Shown one piece after another: positions 37,053-49,690 of a stretch of DNA of 64,000 bases. The notes beneath the pieces were generated by a model that saw only the letters and a program-made list of their open reading frames with translations, did no database searches and was not told the origin of the DNA. The first letter of the stretch is position 1. Each line of letters starts with the position of its first letter. The position numbers and the translations under genes are program-made. The stretch covers positions 44,702,001-44,766,000 of the forward strand of contig CM069146.1 in the NCBI GenBank assembly GCA_035221665.1, written 5' to 3'. This stretch comes from Okamejei kenojei. Its lineage: Eukaryota.

Positions 37053-37945
37053 TCATGAGTGCAAAAGATTCTGTGACCAGTGCTGGGGTCACCATTGTTC
37101 CCATTTACGTTAATGATGAGAATGCATTTAAAGTGGTTAGTTTTATGGATGACATCAAAGTTGGTAGTAGAGTGAAGAATGAGGAAAGGTGCCCAAGTTT
37201 AACAACGATATGGGCCAACTGGGGAATATGGGGAAATTGGTCAAAGAATGGCAGGTGGAATTCAATTTTGACAGATCTGAGATTATGCATTTTGGTAAGA
37301 CAAACCAGGGCAGGACATGCACACTAAATGATAGGGACCTGGAGAGCAGTTTAGGGCAGGTGGATCTAGGGGTATAGGTGCACAGATCCCTTAAAGTGGC
37401 CATACTGATAAACAGGTGGTGAAGATGATGTGTGGCTTGCTTCTTTCATCAGTAAGGGTGCTGAGTACAGGAATTGGAATGCCTTGCCAGATTTACACAA
37501 CATTGGCAAAACTACATTTGGCGTATTATATGTAGTTACGATTGTGGTATTGGAAGGATGTAATTAAGCTGTGAAGGATACAGAAAAGATTTGCCATGAT
37601 CTTACCAGGACTGAAGTTCAGAGAGGCTGAAGAGGGACATTTTTGTCCCTGGAGCATGGGAGGCCTAGGTATGACCATATAGACGTATACAAAATCATGA
37701 GATGCAGATAAGTCGAATAGCCGGTATTCTTCTCCCCTCTCACCCGCAAAAATGTCTTTACCCACAAGCAATGCATGCATGGAATGAAGTGCAAGAGGAA
37801 GCTGTGAAGGCTATAAATGGGAACAGATGCATAGATAGGACAGATTTAGAGATATGGTCCAAATGCAGGCAATTGGACTGACTCGGCTACAAAATCTGGT
37901 TGGCATGGACAAAGTTGGGCCAAATGACCCATTTCCAGGTTGTAA
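37053..37945 (+). mobile_element. Old CR1 LINE fragment (RT C-terminus to 3' end)
   Basis: SFMDDIKVG, KEWQVEFNFDRSEIMHFGKTNQGR, degenerate 3' tail. Confidence 0.85.
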
Positions 37946-40934
37946 GACTTGACTCCAAGAACCTTACTGAAATACAACTCACCTTTTCATTCCAAGAAAT
38001 GACAGCTGATAAAGAAAATACTTAAAAAATTATCAACAATTCTCCCAAAGCATGTTTTTAAAACCTTTGAGTTACATATAGGTGTTTATATGAATGCAAC
38101 AATGCAAATCTAATGACCAAGTAGTCGCAACAGACTAGCTCAAATTGTTCAGTCTTTTCAGTGACATAGCTAATTGTACAAAACTGCAGAATGAAAGTCA
38201 TGAAATAATTAACCCAAATGATGTTAAATCACATGGTGACCAGCACCAGTTAAGAACAAGTCACATGGGAACATTCCAATATTAGAGAAATTGCAATGTA
38301 ATCAAGGCTGTTTTCAAGTCTTGCATGTTTCAATTCAGAAATAGCCAGAGAAAGTGTCTTCTTAGATTTGAAAATATCAAAACCTCATATAAACATCTAA
38401 GATTAATCATGGTTTGAAGATGGCATATTAATTTGTATCCAAAGTGGGATAGGTCGTCAATGATTTAAACTGATTAAAAAAAAGTGTAATTTGGACTGCA
38501 AGCAGGAAACTTGTAACCCATTGGTAATTAAAATGGACACCCACAAAGTTATGGAGGCCAAAAATAAGTTAAGACAGTCGTGGAACACAATGGATAATTC
38601 CAATCAACGGGCCAAACAAAACTTCTCAACCACAATTGCTTTATTGAAAAGCTTTGCTGATAAGTGATACAGATATACATCTTCTGCATCATGGGCCGTC
38701 TGCCTCATTTTAACTGCAATTTCCAAACTCTGCAAGAGAACCGTTTATACTTCTCCCCTTATAAATTTTAATCAAGTTAAAACCCATCATGCCAATGTTT
38801 GCCCAATTTTTTACTTTAAACACTAGAAAGTGTTAATATCCCACATTTCTGATGCGCAACCCAGTCAACTGAAGGCATAACTTTGATTTTCCATGATTCA
38901 AATCAATTCCTGCTAATCCAGTATTAATAGGGAACCTAACTTCCACTGTTCTTAGTATTTAAGTCCCTCTCTCACCACCAGCACACATTAGGAATCTTTA
39001 ACACCACAATCAGCATCAGAGCATGAGTTGTTCTTCATCATTCACAAAGTATTTAGCAGAAATACTTGTCCAGCTGGCAAGTATTTCAAAGCATGAGGCA
39101 AATGATTATGCCTACTTTATTTGCATCAGTAAAACGTGTAACAATGTGTAATCTAGGTGTGAATAACTTCAGCTATTCGTGACTGGACGCATGAAGCCAG
39201 AGCTGCACCATAATAACAATAATAAGGTGCCAAGTGGAAAGAAGGGCATTGCACTATCCATTATTTTTCAGTATCAGGCCTTGCAATCAATGCAAAAATA
39301 AGTCAACCTTACTTTTCATTCAATTTAATAACACCTTCTCCCAAATGTCATGCTTTCCTTTTTAACCATTTCAAGTACATAAGAAATAAATTTAGGATCA
39401 GATTGTCTAATTCTTCATGTTTAAAGTTGGTTATTTTCCGATTCATGTGCAAGTGAAAATAGTACAACAATCTACAACACTCCAATTGACAAATTTGACT
39501 GAACGAGGCTGGACATGAATTATTTATTCTTGAAATACTAGTACCCATCATTTGCAGTGAATCATTGCACCATTAGTGCGTCATGATATTCCAGTCATAA
39601 GATGCATTACAGCAACTTTGACAGGCTTACATGATAGCACTTCGTCAATCTTCCATCTTGAAGGGCAAGGGCAGTAACAGTGGGGACTCCACCTTCAATT
39701 TGCCCTTCATGCCACACATCATTAAGGCTTGGACCCAATTTTGCTCCTCTCTCACTTTTGCTGTTTGAAAGCATGGAACTCCCTCCCGCAGAGCACTGTG
39801 ATATGACTGATGCATTTCAGGGCAACAGTTCACCACCACTTTAATGGCAATAAACAATGTTAGTCCCCACACATCGCATGCATATAAAAAACACAAATGA
39901 AGGATTAAAACAAAGTTAGCAAACCAGAGAATTGCCTGTTCAGCAACAGTGCAAGTCAAGTTTGAGGAAAAAGTATAGAATAAATGAAAAGCAAATTACT
40001 ATTCTTTAAACTGGATCAGATGAAGTCGTGGAAGCAAAAACTAGCAATTTAAAAAAAGATCAACTGGATAGATAAAATAGATTTCTGTCTACAGCACAAG
40101 CATGGTCAGCTACATTACCATGTTACAATATTTCATTATAACTGCGTTAGCATATATAAGTAGCTTGTTGTAGAATCTTTTCAAATGTCAATTGCCAATA
40201 TTACTGTTTCTGGAAGTGGAACATGTTTCTACAATACCATTATGGAGCGACAATTAGGTGGGTAAGAGTAAAGAGGAAATGGCTACATTCAACTTTCATT
40301 TCTATCTTTACCAACCTCTCCTGTGTTTTAAGCTTGGAAATGTGACCAACTCATCATTCCAGGTTTATTTAAGAATCTAATCTGATTGTAAAGTTGGTTA
40401 TCTGAAACATTACAAAGATAAAAAGCTAGGCTGGTGCATTTAAAAAAAAATAGAAAAACTCTGCTACTTCACCCCTTGTACAGATGCACACCTGATCAAC
40501 AGAACTACTCTGTACTGTCAGAATTCTCCCAGGCGATACGGAAAACAAGATTAAAATTCAAAAACATTTTTGCTGATCAGATTGGTAAAAAACTTGTGAA
40601 ACTATTGTTTAATTAGCAACTTAAGATGCATATTTGCAACCACAGCACTGAAGAGAAACAATGTTACAGCGCAGATGCATCCTGTAAAACTTTACATACC
40701 GCTTGGGATGAAGATTATTAATTATCTCATAAGAAAGTTAATTTAAGATCCCACAAAACTATATCTTTAGAATATTCACTTTAACAAGTGCAAAATACTA
40801 CATTCACAGGAAAGACAAGACTGCCAATCTTGCAGATTGCCAGTTACGTGCAGTCATTATGGCCTCTGGTAAACCTGTGCAAATTTTATCAACGGGAACT
40901 GGAGTGTATCTCCAGACTGTGTCCAGATATAACA

Positions 40935-40940
40935 TTTATT
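40935..40940 (-). promoter_or_regulatory. Candidate PPP4R2 polyadenylation signal (AATAAA)
   Basis: tttatt on the plus strand ~1.17 kb downstream of the stop codon, at the end of a repeat-free AU-rich stretch; alternative hexamers at 42036, 41552, 40364 and 38640. Confidence 0.45.
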
Positions 40941-42106
40941 GCTTTATATGAATACTGTATTGAAAGCCATAGCATTCAGTTTACACACAAATTATACAAT
41001 TATATAACGTGTCACAAAGGCAGTGAACAATTACAATCTACAAAATCTACTTACAGAAATTTAAAAATTCTAAATATCAAAAAGTACAGTTGCCAGAAAC
41101 AAGTACAAACTTGACAGCCAGTAATTGTGGAAGTTAGTTGAAGGATTTTGAATATACAAGCTGGAAATCAGAAAACAACACAAGTACAGATTATCATTTG
41201 TGCTTTGAGTTCTCATCTCCAAAGATGTACAACCACTGGCTGTCAATATGTAGTAGCATGTTCAAAAATATCTTTCACTTCAAAATTTTGTACAAATCAC
41301 GGTGGTTCAATGCACCCCCTAAAATTGTATTACCAGTACACAAGATCTGGCACAATACTAAATTAACAGGTTAATTGCCGCAGCTCTTCAACACAGTCAG
41401 TGGTATAAGTGTAACATTGCTGTCCGCATGCTACAAGTATTTTAACTGAAAGGGACTTAGTCAAATGTTCGCAACGTTTTAACCACTGAGCATAAATTGA
41501 GCAACTACTTCCCACCTTTTTCTGCTTGAACAGTGAATTTAAAAAAAAGCATTTATTCTGCAACCAAAACTGATTTCGAAGATTTGATGTTTCACTTTTA
41601 TGTAAACCACTTACTGTCTTTTGAGTAATAAATTCCATCAATGCAGGATCAGAAGTAAATAGAAGTGATGTATAATTGAGTTTTTTCTCTGGAATGTGTT
41701 GTAACTTGTGGTTTTTGCAGTGTTTTAAGTAAATGTATTAAAAAGTTGAAACAATGACCAAGAAATTAAATCTTGAAGTTTAAAAACTAGACAAAAATAA
41801 TTACAGTAAATGGCCTAGCTCAATGAACTGCAAAACATTGTGACAATTTATCCAGTTTAAAAACTTTCTCTAAATAAAAATCTATGCATAACCCACTGAT
41901 TTGACCAAACAAAACAAAAATGATGGGAGCAGTAGATGAGATCTAAAGGAGCTGGTTTCACAGTTCTCATCTAATACAGCTCTTCCAGGGATCAGAGAAG
42001 GACTATTCCTCCTCTTCTGGAAAACAAAGGTCCACTTTATTACATAAAATTTATACAGTGTAAAAGCAACACCTCATGGAAAATACAGCACAGATTATCT
42101 CTACTC

Positions 42107-42396
42107 TTAGTCCTGCTCCATTGGTTCTTCTGTGACATCCGCACTGTTCTCCATTGGGCTCTCAGAAGGCATTTCTGGAGTTTCGGGGGGTGTATCTGGT
42201 TTTCCTGCAGCACTGCAGTCCACACTGTTTCTAATAGTATCAGTATTATCACTGATTTCACTTTCTTCAGAAGTTAAAGTCTTGGTTAGGTCCGATTGGT
42301 CCATTTGATTTTCATCTGAAGTCTTGATGTTTTTAAATGAAACTTCAACTTTCTCTTCATCAGATTCAAACAAGGCTTTCATTTTTGCACTTGATT
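42107..42396 (-). CDS. PPP4R2: Serine/threonine-protein phosphatase 4 regulatory subunit 2, last coding exon
   Basis: Acceptor tttacag|AA; ESSAKMKALFES...ENSADVTEEPMEQD* resembles the vertebrate PPP4R2 C-terminus (DEPMEQD); TAA at 42107-42109. Confidence 0.95.
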
Positions 42397-42499
42397 CTGT
42401 AAATAAACAAAATATGATCAGAAGCCCATTCCCCAATGCTATGCAGCAATGCGCCCGTTGTGTAGGTTCCATTGTTTGATTGTTACTGTGCTGATCTCA

Positions 42500-43075
42500 C
42501 AATAATCATTTGACTTTGTTAACCTTCTGCATGGTAGACTGCTCTGAAAGATTAGATTGTATGGGATCCAGGGAGATCTTGGTAACTGGATACAGAATTG
42601 GCTTCATGATAGGAAGTAGTGGGTGGTGGTGCTGGAAGGTTTTTACTTGGACACGAGGCATGTGACCAGTGGTGTGCGTCAGGAATCAGTGCTGGGCCCA
42701 TTGCTGTTTGTAATCCAACATTTGGATGAGAATAATCAGCAAGTCTGCAGTTAACACTAAAATAGGTGGTGCTGTAGACAGTGAAGATGATTATCAAGTG
42801 TGATCTTGGTTAACTGGGCAAGTGGACTGAGGACTGGCTAATTGAGTTTAATTCATATAAGTGCAAGATGTCACATTTGGGAAGTCAAACCAGGGCAGGG
42901 CCTACAGTGAATGATAGGGCCATGGGGATTGTTATAAAGCAGAGGGATCTCAGAGTTACGAGGCCAAACTTCCCTGAAAATGGCAAAACAGGTAGATGGG
43001 CCAAAAGGACGAGCTTATACAGGAATACCTAGGTTGGCATGGACAGGTTGGGTTGAAAAACTTGTTTCCATGGTT
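42500..43075 (+). mobile_element. Old CR1 fragment (intronic, antisense to PPP4R2)
   Basis: Degenerate QGSVLGPLLF and WLIEFN motifs plus a 3' tail. Confidence 0.7.
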
Positions 43076-43464
43076 GTAGTCCATGGATATATTGTACAAT
43101 ATGGACATAGTTTTGAAGTTCATGACATTGTACATTCATATACGAGATTGTTGGAGAAAATAGAAGAAAACCGAAGGTTCTTGAGATTAAACCATTTTAA
43201 GCTCTCCCAGAAGAATAAATTAATGATTGGGTGGGGAGAAATGTTCAGCTTGATGGTGCAGACATCTCATTAGGTATGCCACGTTAAACATATTCTTAAT
43301 CTTCCCGCCAATTATGTGAAAGCATCCGAGTACAGAAAGAAAATTTGCATCTTCAAATTGGAGAGAGAACCGATGGAGTTTGGTATATAAATCTCTCAAA
43401 TATAAATTAATTGATACATTTCATTTCTTTAGTAGGGTACATCAGTATCCACTGCAACATTAGT

Positions 43465-43755
43465 GTTTAGTTTAGAGATACAGTATGGAAACAGGCCCTT
43501 GGGCCCACTGAGAGTCCATGCATAACCATTGATCACTCATACCCTGGTTCCATGTTATCTCACTTTTGCATCCTACACAGAAACCAATTTACCAACAAAC
43601 CTGCACATCTTTGGAATGTGGGAGGAAACCAGAGAACCTGGAGAAAACCCACATGTCAAAGGGAAAATGTACAAACTCTGCAGACAGCACTGGTCGTCGG
43701 GAGTGAACCTAGGTCTCTCGCGCTGTGACGAACCAACTCCACAGCTGTGCTACTG
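43465..43755 (-). mobile_element. V-SINE (HE1-like)
   Basis: gtttagtttagagatacag tail; gtgggaggaaaccagagaacc V-domain complement. Confidence 0.85.
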
Positions 43756-43944
43756 TTGTAAGATTAGTTTAAACTGCTTGCTTTGCTTTGAGGGAATGAT
43801 CCTAGTTTTACATTCCTCATTTGTATTGAAGACTGAAACAAGTGATTGTAGGGGCTTGTTGGCAGATCATTTTGCATTAGTAGAACTTTTAAGTTTTCTG
43901 CTAACCAGAATTTTACTTCATATATCCAAGGCAATATACAATAC

Positions 43945-44177
43945 CTTTTTTATCTACGTTAGCTGGATCATCTTTGGCTTCTTCCTCCTTCTCTGTATTC
44001 TCACTTTCTTCAGGCATTTCTGAGGAAGTCTCAGAATGTACAGGTTCATTTTCCTCATCTTCCGTGTCAAATTTCAGTCGTTTTACCTCAGGAGCCTCTG
44101 CTTCCATTGTGTCTTCCAAATGTTTATTTTTTGAGCAGGTACTTGGAACGTCCTCTTCATGGGATGTGGGTGATTCA
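43945..44177 (-). CDS. PPP4R2: PPP4R2 coding exon (233 bp)
   Basis: tgatcag|T ... AAAG|gtatt; ESPTSHEEDVPSTCSKNKHLEDTMEAEAPEVKRLKFD; splice phases fit both neighbours. Confidence 0.93.
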
Positions 44178-44329
44178 CTGATCAAAATTTTTAAAAATGC
44201 ATTAGATGCAACAATTTGGCACACAACAGTGTTAATGGTGTAGATCCCTTGTCAAATACAGGGTGCTAACTTTCTATCTTTGATCTTGTGCACTTGTCAG
44301 TTTCCAAGTTGTTAGACATATCGAACATT

Positions 44330-45540
44330 GCAGCAGGAACCTGATCAAGTGCATCCCAATTCATGTAGGAAGCAAATTGCTCGGGCCCTGCAGAGATATT
44401 TATATAATTGTTAGCCAAAGCTGAGGTGTCGGAAGACTGGGAGATGGCAGCAATGTTTTTTTAATTTTAGAAAGGCTGCAAGGCCAAGTCAGGGAACTAT
44501 AGGCCAGCGAGCCTGATATCAGTGGCGGCAGAATTACTGGAGGGAATTCTGATGGACTTGATCTACCGGCATTTGAAAATGTAGTGACTGATTTGGGATA
44601 ATCAGCATGACTGTGTGTGTGGAAAATTGAGTCTTAAGAATTTGTTTTTTTCAATATGATGAAGGTGACTGACAAGGGCAAGGGAGTAGACACTGACTAT
44701 ATGGTCTTTCGCAAGGCCTTTGACAAGGTCCCATGAGGGATCCAGGGTGAGCTAGTCAATTGAATACAGAAGAGCGGAGAGAATTACAAATTGGAAACCT
44801 GGGACCAGTGCTGGGATCTGTACCAGATCACATTAGTGGCAAGATAAGTAAATTTATAGCTAACAAAGTAGTGTTATAGTTGACGGCGAGGAAGGTCGTC
44901 AAAGCTTACAACAGGATCTAGATCAACTGGGAAAGTGGCAAAGGAATGCAAGGTGGAATTGAATTCAGACATGTGAAGTGATGCCTTTTGGCAAGTTAAA
45001 CCAGAGCAAGGCAGTGAATGTTAGGGGTCCGAGAGTATTGTACAACAGCCTAAGAGTACGTTCATAGTCCCTTGAAGTAGCAACACAGGTGGATAGGAAG
45101 GTGAAGAAATAAATGTGCATAGCACGCTTGCCTCAACTGGGGCATTGGGTACAAGAGTTGCAACATCATGTTACAGTTGTGCACGATATCGGTACAGGAG
45201 GATCGTGTACAGTTACGGTTATTATGCTATAGGATGTGATTAAGCTAGAGAGGATGCAGAAACGATTCACTAGGATGTTTGTGGGATTGTAGGGTTTGCG
45301 TTGTAAGTAGGGATTGGATATACGCAATGTTCTTCCTGCAGTGATGGAAACAGAGGGTGTGACCTTAGACGTTTATAAAATCATGAGGGACGTTTAAAAG
45401 ACATTTGGACAAGTGCATGGATAGGAAAGGTTTTGAAAGACAAGGGCCAAAAATGCCAATAGGTCTACCTCAGTTGGATACCTTGGTTGGCAAGGATGAG
45501 TTGGACCAAAGGGCCTGTCTCCATGCTGTCCAACTCTAGG
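44330..45540 (+). mobile_element. Old CR1 LINE fragment (intronic)
   Basis: Degenerate PEDW, GNYRPASL, FRKAFDKVP, LQQDLDQLGKW motifs and 3' tail ggaccaaagggcctgtctcc. Confidence 0.85.
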
Positions 45541-45983
45541 ACTCAACTCATTTCCCCAACACCTATATCCAATGACTTTCATTGGCACCAGGTAAACATT
45601 TTCACATTCTCAATATCAAATCATATTCTCTCTAGTCTCATACAATCCTCACATTCGCACTCCATAAATCTTGAAATACAATTTTATTTCTTCAACTGTT
45701 ATTTCGTCAGCTCAAATTTTCTCCTTAAATCTCTCTGCCTTGTTGCATTTTCTCTCTCTTTGAGATCATCATTAAGACTCCCTGCTTTGACCAAGCTTTT
45801 GCCAGTCATCTAGCATCTTGAGCTTGGTTGAAATTTTATTCAATAACATGAAGCACCCAAGAAAAGATGACTTGCTTACAACAGAAATTTACATTGGATC
45901 TTGACATATGCATCACTTTAAAACTTTCCCTTGAACTTTTATATAAAGATTACAAACTCTATTCAAAGAGTTAGGTGATATAC

Positions 45984-46124
45984 CTATGAGACTTGTCCTC
46001 TGTTTGTTGTACATTTATTTCTCTATCAGAGCTGTTCGGCAAACCGTTTGTTGTTAAAGGACTTGATAATGAAACCTTTGATCGACTCAGAGGTCTTGGA
46101 GTACCGGGACCATTGATATTAGAT
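45984..46124 (-). CDS. PPP4R2: PPP4R2 coding exon (141 bp)
   Basis: ttcag|A ... AG|gtatat; [46 protein letters not shown]. Confidence 0.95.
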
Positions 46125-46816
46125 CTGAAATTAAAATAAGTACTAAGCATAAGGAATTACAAGGATCACTGTTTTAAAAAAAAAATCCATTCTGAAATTA
46201 AAAGTTAAACATGCATACTAAATTTAACCCCTTTTGATAATTCCTTTTAAGGACATTTTTACTCTGCATTCAGTTTACAGAAACATGTGCTAAAATTGAA
46301 TTATCGAAATGGGGCTAAATTTATTGCTCTGCATTCAGTGGCAAAAACAGTCTACTATATGCATTGCTTCAATGCAACAAACTGCTGTCAATTCATATCT
46401 CAGAGCTATGATACCACCAGAGGGTTCCATGTTTTCATGCCTTTTAGATGAGAAATAATCGGAAATTATAAACAAATTAAATACCTCAGGGTACGTAAAA
46501 CTAATCCTGCTGCGAGGAAGATTACGGTCGACTCCATTTTTCTCACTGAGGATGGAGTTTACCGGCTTCAAAGAACATGGCAACCCAAAACACTAAGCAA
46601 AATTATCAATGGAACCAAGAAATGAGATTTCGAAATGCAAATAAACATCTGAACGCATAAAAACATCAATTGCATTACCCACTGAAATCCAAAGTTATTT
46701 TACAGCAAATGCTGTGAATAATCTCACCCTCCTGCACAAAAAAAATTACATTTCCTTTCATTTTTCAAATAAAAATCACTTAAAAGATTCACAAAACAAA
46801 GCAGACTATGGCTCAC

Positions 46817-46897
46817 CTGTCTGTGTAACCAGTGTGGCTTCCTGACAGCATGATGCCATTCACACGATTCAAACTATTTGAGCTAAAGTTGTATTTC
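46817..46897 (-). CDS. PPP4R2: PPP4R2 coding exon (81 bp)
   Basis: ttcag|G ... AG|gtgagc; KYNFSSNSLNRVNGIMLSGSHTGYTD. Confidence 0.93.
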
Positions 46898-46997
46898 CTG
46901 AAGAAAATCAGGGAAAATTCAATTATTTGAAGCATTAAACAATTCTTGGAATATAATTATACTGTAAATTTGTTTTAATTTTTTTTATTGTACTTAC

Positions 46998-47035
46998 TCT
47001 GTTGAGGGATACACACAGCTGACAACCATAACGTT
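46998..47035 (-). CDS. PPP4R2: PPP4R2 coding exon (38 bp)
   Basis: tgcag|AAC ... GA|gtaagt; NVMVVSCVYPST. Confidence 0.95.
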
Positions 47036-47179
47036 CTGCAAATTTACAAAGTAGAAGTATGCATGATTTAAGGAAATATTTCTGCACCTAATAGCTTGCT
47101 ATATCATAAATCCATGCATTTCATTAATTTCAAAACATTTCAGCAACAAGTAATAGGTATGATTTTAAACTGGATATCA

Positions 47180-47320
47180 TAGAAACATAGAAAATAGGTG
47201 CAGGAGTAGGTCCTATGAGCCCACACCACCATTCAATATGATCATGGCTGATCATCCAAAATCAGTACCCCTTTCCTGCTTTCTCCCCATATCCCTTGAT
47301 TCCGTTAGCCCAAAGAGCTA
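47180..47320 (-). mobile_element. CR1 3' tail
   Basis: atagaaacatagaaaataggtgcaggagtagg... is the reverse complement of the CR1 tail. Confidence 0.8.
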
Positions 47321-48113
47321 ATATCTATCAGATATTAATAGACAAAGTACATCCAGTCTTTACCATTTACTCCATTTGGGATCAAATGTTCTGTAGAATG
47401 ATAAATGGGAAGAACCAAATGCCTTTCCAATGCAAAATAAATCACCCAATATCAAGATGTGACACAGTATCACAAATCTAGATTGATTGAGAGATTAGCA
47501 CATCATGGAAAGTATGTATTCATATGGATAAAGTATTTGATAACCAATAGGCCACGTCAATTATATTTGACATGTCACTGGAAGCAATCTTGTGACAAAG
47601 TTAAAAGTTAGTTTGGAGGGGGGCACAAAATGGTAGAATGCAAAGATGTTCCCCCAATAATTTGGACTGTAGCCTCAGCTTTTCACCAAATATGATTGAC
47701 ATTTCTCATAAATGCATGGAATGCCCAAAACTGGAAATGAAAGTACGTTATATTATGACACCAAGTGTTAAGGAATATAGCTCGACCAGGTAAATCACTT
47801 CAACTGCCACAGATGGAGTTCTGTGGAAAAGAATTAAATCACCCACATTGAACCCAAGATTCACTGTTGGCAATATAGAAAGTAGGTTTGGATTTCTCTG
47901 TACACAGTTAGATACGGCTGACAAGGAGGCAAGGTACCAAGTTATTCAACACAGGATCCTCAGCCAGACCTAATCTGTCCAGAGAGATGGAAAATATAAT
48001 TCCAATCCTTAATCTTTGAATTACTTAGGACTTGGTGGTATAATTAAAAGTGGATGCTTGTGGGTTAAATAGTTAGTATCAAAGTTAAAATCAATTTCTC
48101 ATTTCTTGGTTAC

Positions 48114-48207
48114 CTTTTCAATTCCTCTGAGAAATTTATCTGTACCAGAGTAATTCTTCTTCGGATCAATAAGCAGCTCACATAGACGCTGAATTGTGAA
48201 GGGAATA
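48114..48207 (-). CDS. PPP4R2: PPP4R2 coding exon (94 bp)
   Basis: tacag|T ... AAG|gtaacc; IPFTIQRLCELLIDPKKNYSGTDKFLRGIEK, the conserved PPP4R2 domain. Confidence 0.97.
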
Positions 48208-49612
48208 CTGTAGACGTAAACAAATACATTATCCATTAACTGGAGCATGCCCGGAAAATTAATAAAAGCACATGGAGGAGCATTTGGAGGCCCGGATACA
48301 GCACAATAGAGGGAATATAAAGTTTGCAGAACTATCAGTTAAATTTCTTTTTGAGAGCCCAATTTCTCATGCTTTTATTTCCAAACTTGCCTCTTCTCTC
48401 ACATGCTACTCCGTCAAACTATAAAAGTGATATAACAACCAAGATATAAGCAGACCTAACAAGAAGGGAAAGTAATTGCACGTCTACAACAAAGTGCCAA
48501 TTGTGTCCAAGATTGGTGCATGGTTACAAACTGTTGCTCGGTGACTTTAATCAGCCTGTTATACATTATCAGCATGACTGCAGCAATACACTCCCACCAG
48601 AGATTTAAGGTTATGCACTCAGATCAGTTCAGCATAGCATTATAGCATGTAAATCATTGACAATCTGATGTAACACACTGCAGTACAGTCATTACAGGTA
48701 GTCTTCAAATCAATCTACGTGCTGCCCAAAGACAAAATCCACGTTTTAATTACAGACCAGTGATCATCACATTCGCCACTTTCAGAAGGTTGACGGTTTC
48801 AATACCATTTTCAGAGACATAAATCTAGGCTGGCAGTCTTGTGTTATTCTGATTTGTTATACATATCTTACTGTTAACACATCAAAACCAAGCTCTGTGC
48901 ACCCTATGTTAAAAGCAAGTTCACAGTCTAGGGTAAACAGGCACAGTTACTGCCTCAAGTGGACAAAAGTAAAATGAAGGGGATTGAATTTATCTGTATT
49001 TACAATTATTTGAAGCCTTAAAGTTTTGGAACACACCTAGGTGATTCTGTAAACAACTGGCAAAGATGCACAGTATAAATAAGGTGTCCTTATATTTTAC
49101 AAGAAAAAAAATAATCCCATATGCCTTATTAATTAATTAATTGATCCAGCTCAATATAGAGCTCTATAGGAAGTCACAGCTGATAAAAATCAAAAAGCCA
49201 TGCTTTAAATAACTCCACAACCAGTACAAGCATTTAACCTTTTCAGAATGTGCTGAATGGAAACATTTCAAGATCTTGTTGCAGCAGTCCAAAAATAAAC
49301 TGAAGCCCATCCATTCATGAAACATTGCGAATCTTAAACTTTGTAAGCAAAACATTATTAGAATACTCAGCCTTTTCTAGAAAAAGAGAAAGCAATGTGT
49401 ATTTTACAATCAGCCTTTAGAATAGAAAGTGGAACACACAGCACATGATGAGTGAAACTGATAACATTTCAGAATAACATCCTTTCTTAAGGGTGAGAAA
49501 AACAGTGATACATTTGAGGGGCAAAATCTGTGGTGGAATGGAATACGAGAGAGCAAATGGCAGAATTAATCAAGGCACATGACAAAAGGGGTGGGTGGAG
49601 AGCAAGTGAATG

Positions 49613-49690
49613 TGTGCACAATGAAATAAGATCAAATAGAACAAGCTGTCCTACAACTTTAGGCTGTGCATGCCATACGCAAGAAGACGA
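49613..49690 (+). repeat. Short interspersed repeat, same family as 10482-10608
   Basis: gtgcacaatgaaataagatcaaatagaacaagctgtcctacaactttaggctgtgcatgccatacgcaagaag. Confidence 0.55.

Noticed and set aside
42397-45983. Endogenous bornavirus-like ORF analogous to human EBLN2 in PPP4R2
   Set aside because: No nucleoprotein-like ORF is visible; these introns contain only CR1 and SINE fragments.
49444-49480. C/D-box snoRNA-like words (ATGATGA...CTGA)
   Set aside because: Antisense to the host gene, boxes too close together, and no terminal stem or clear second D box.
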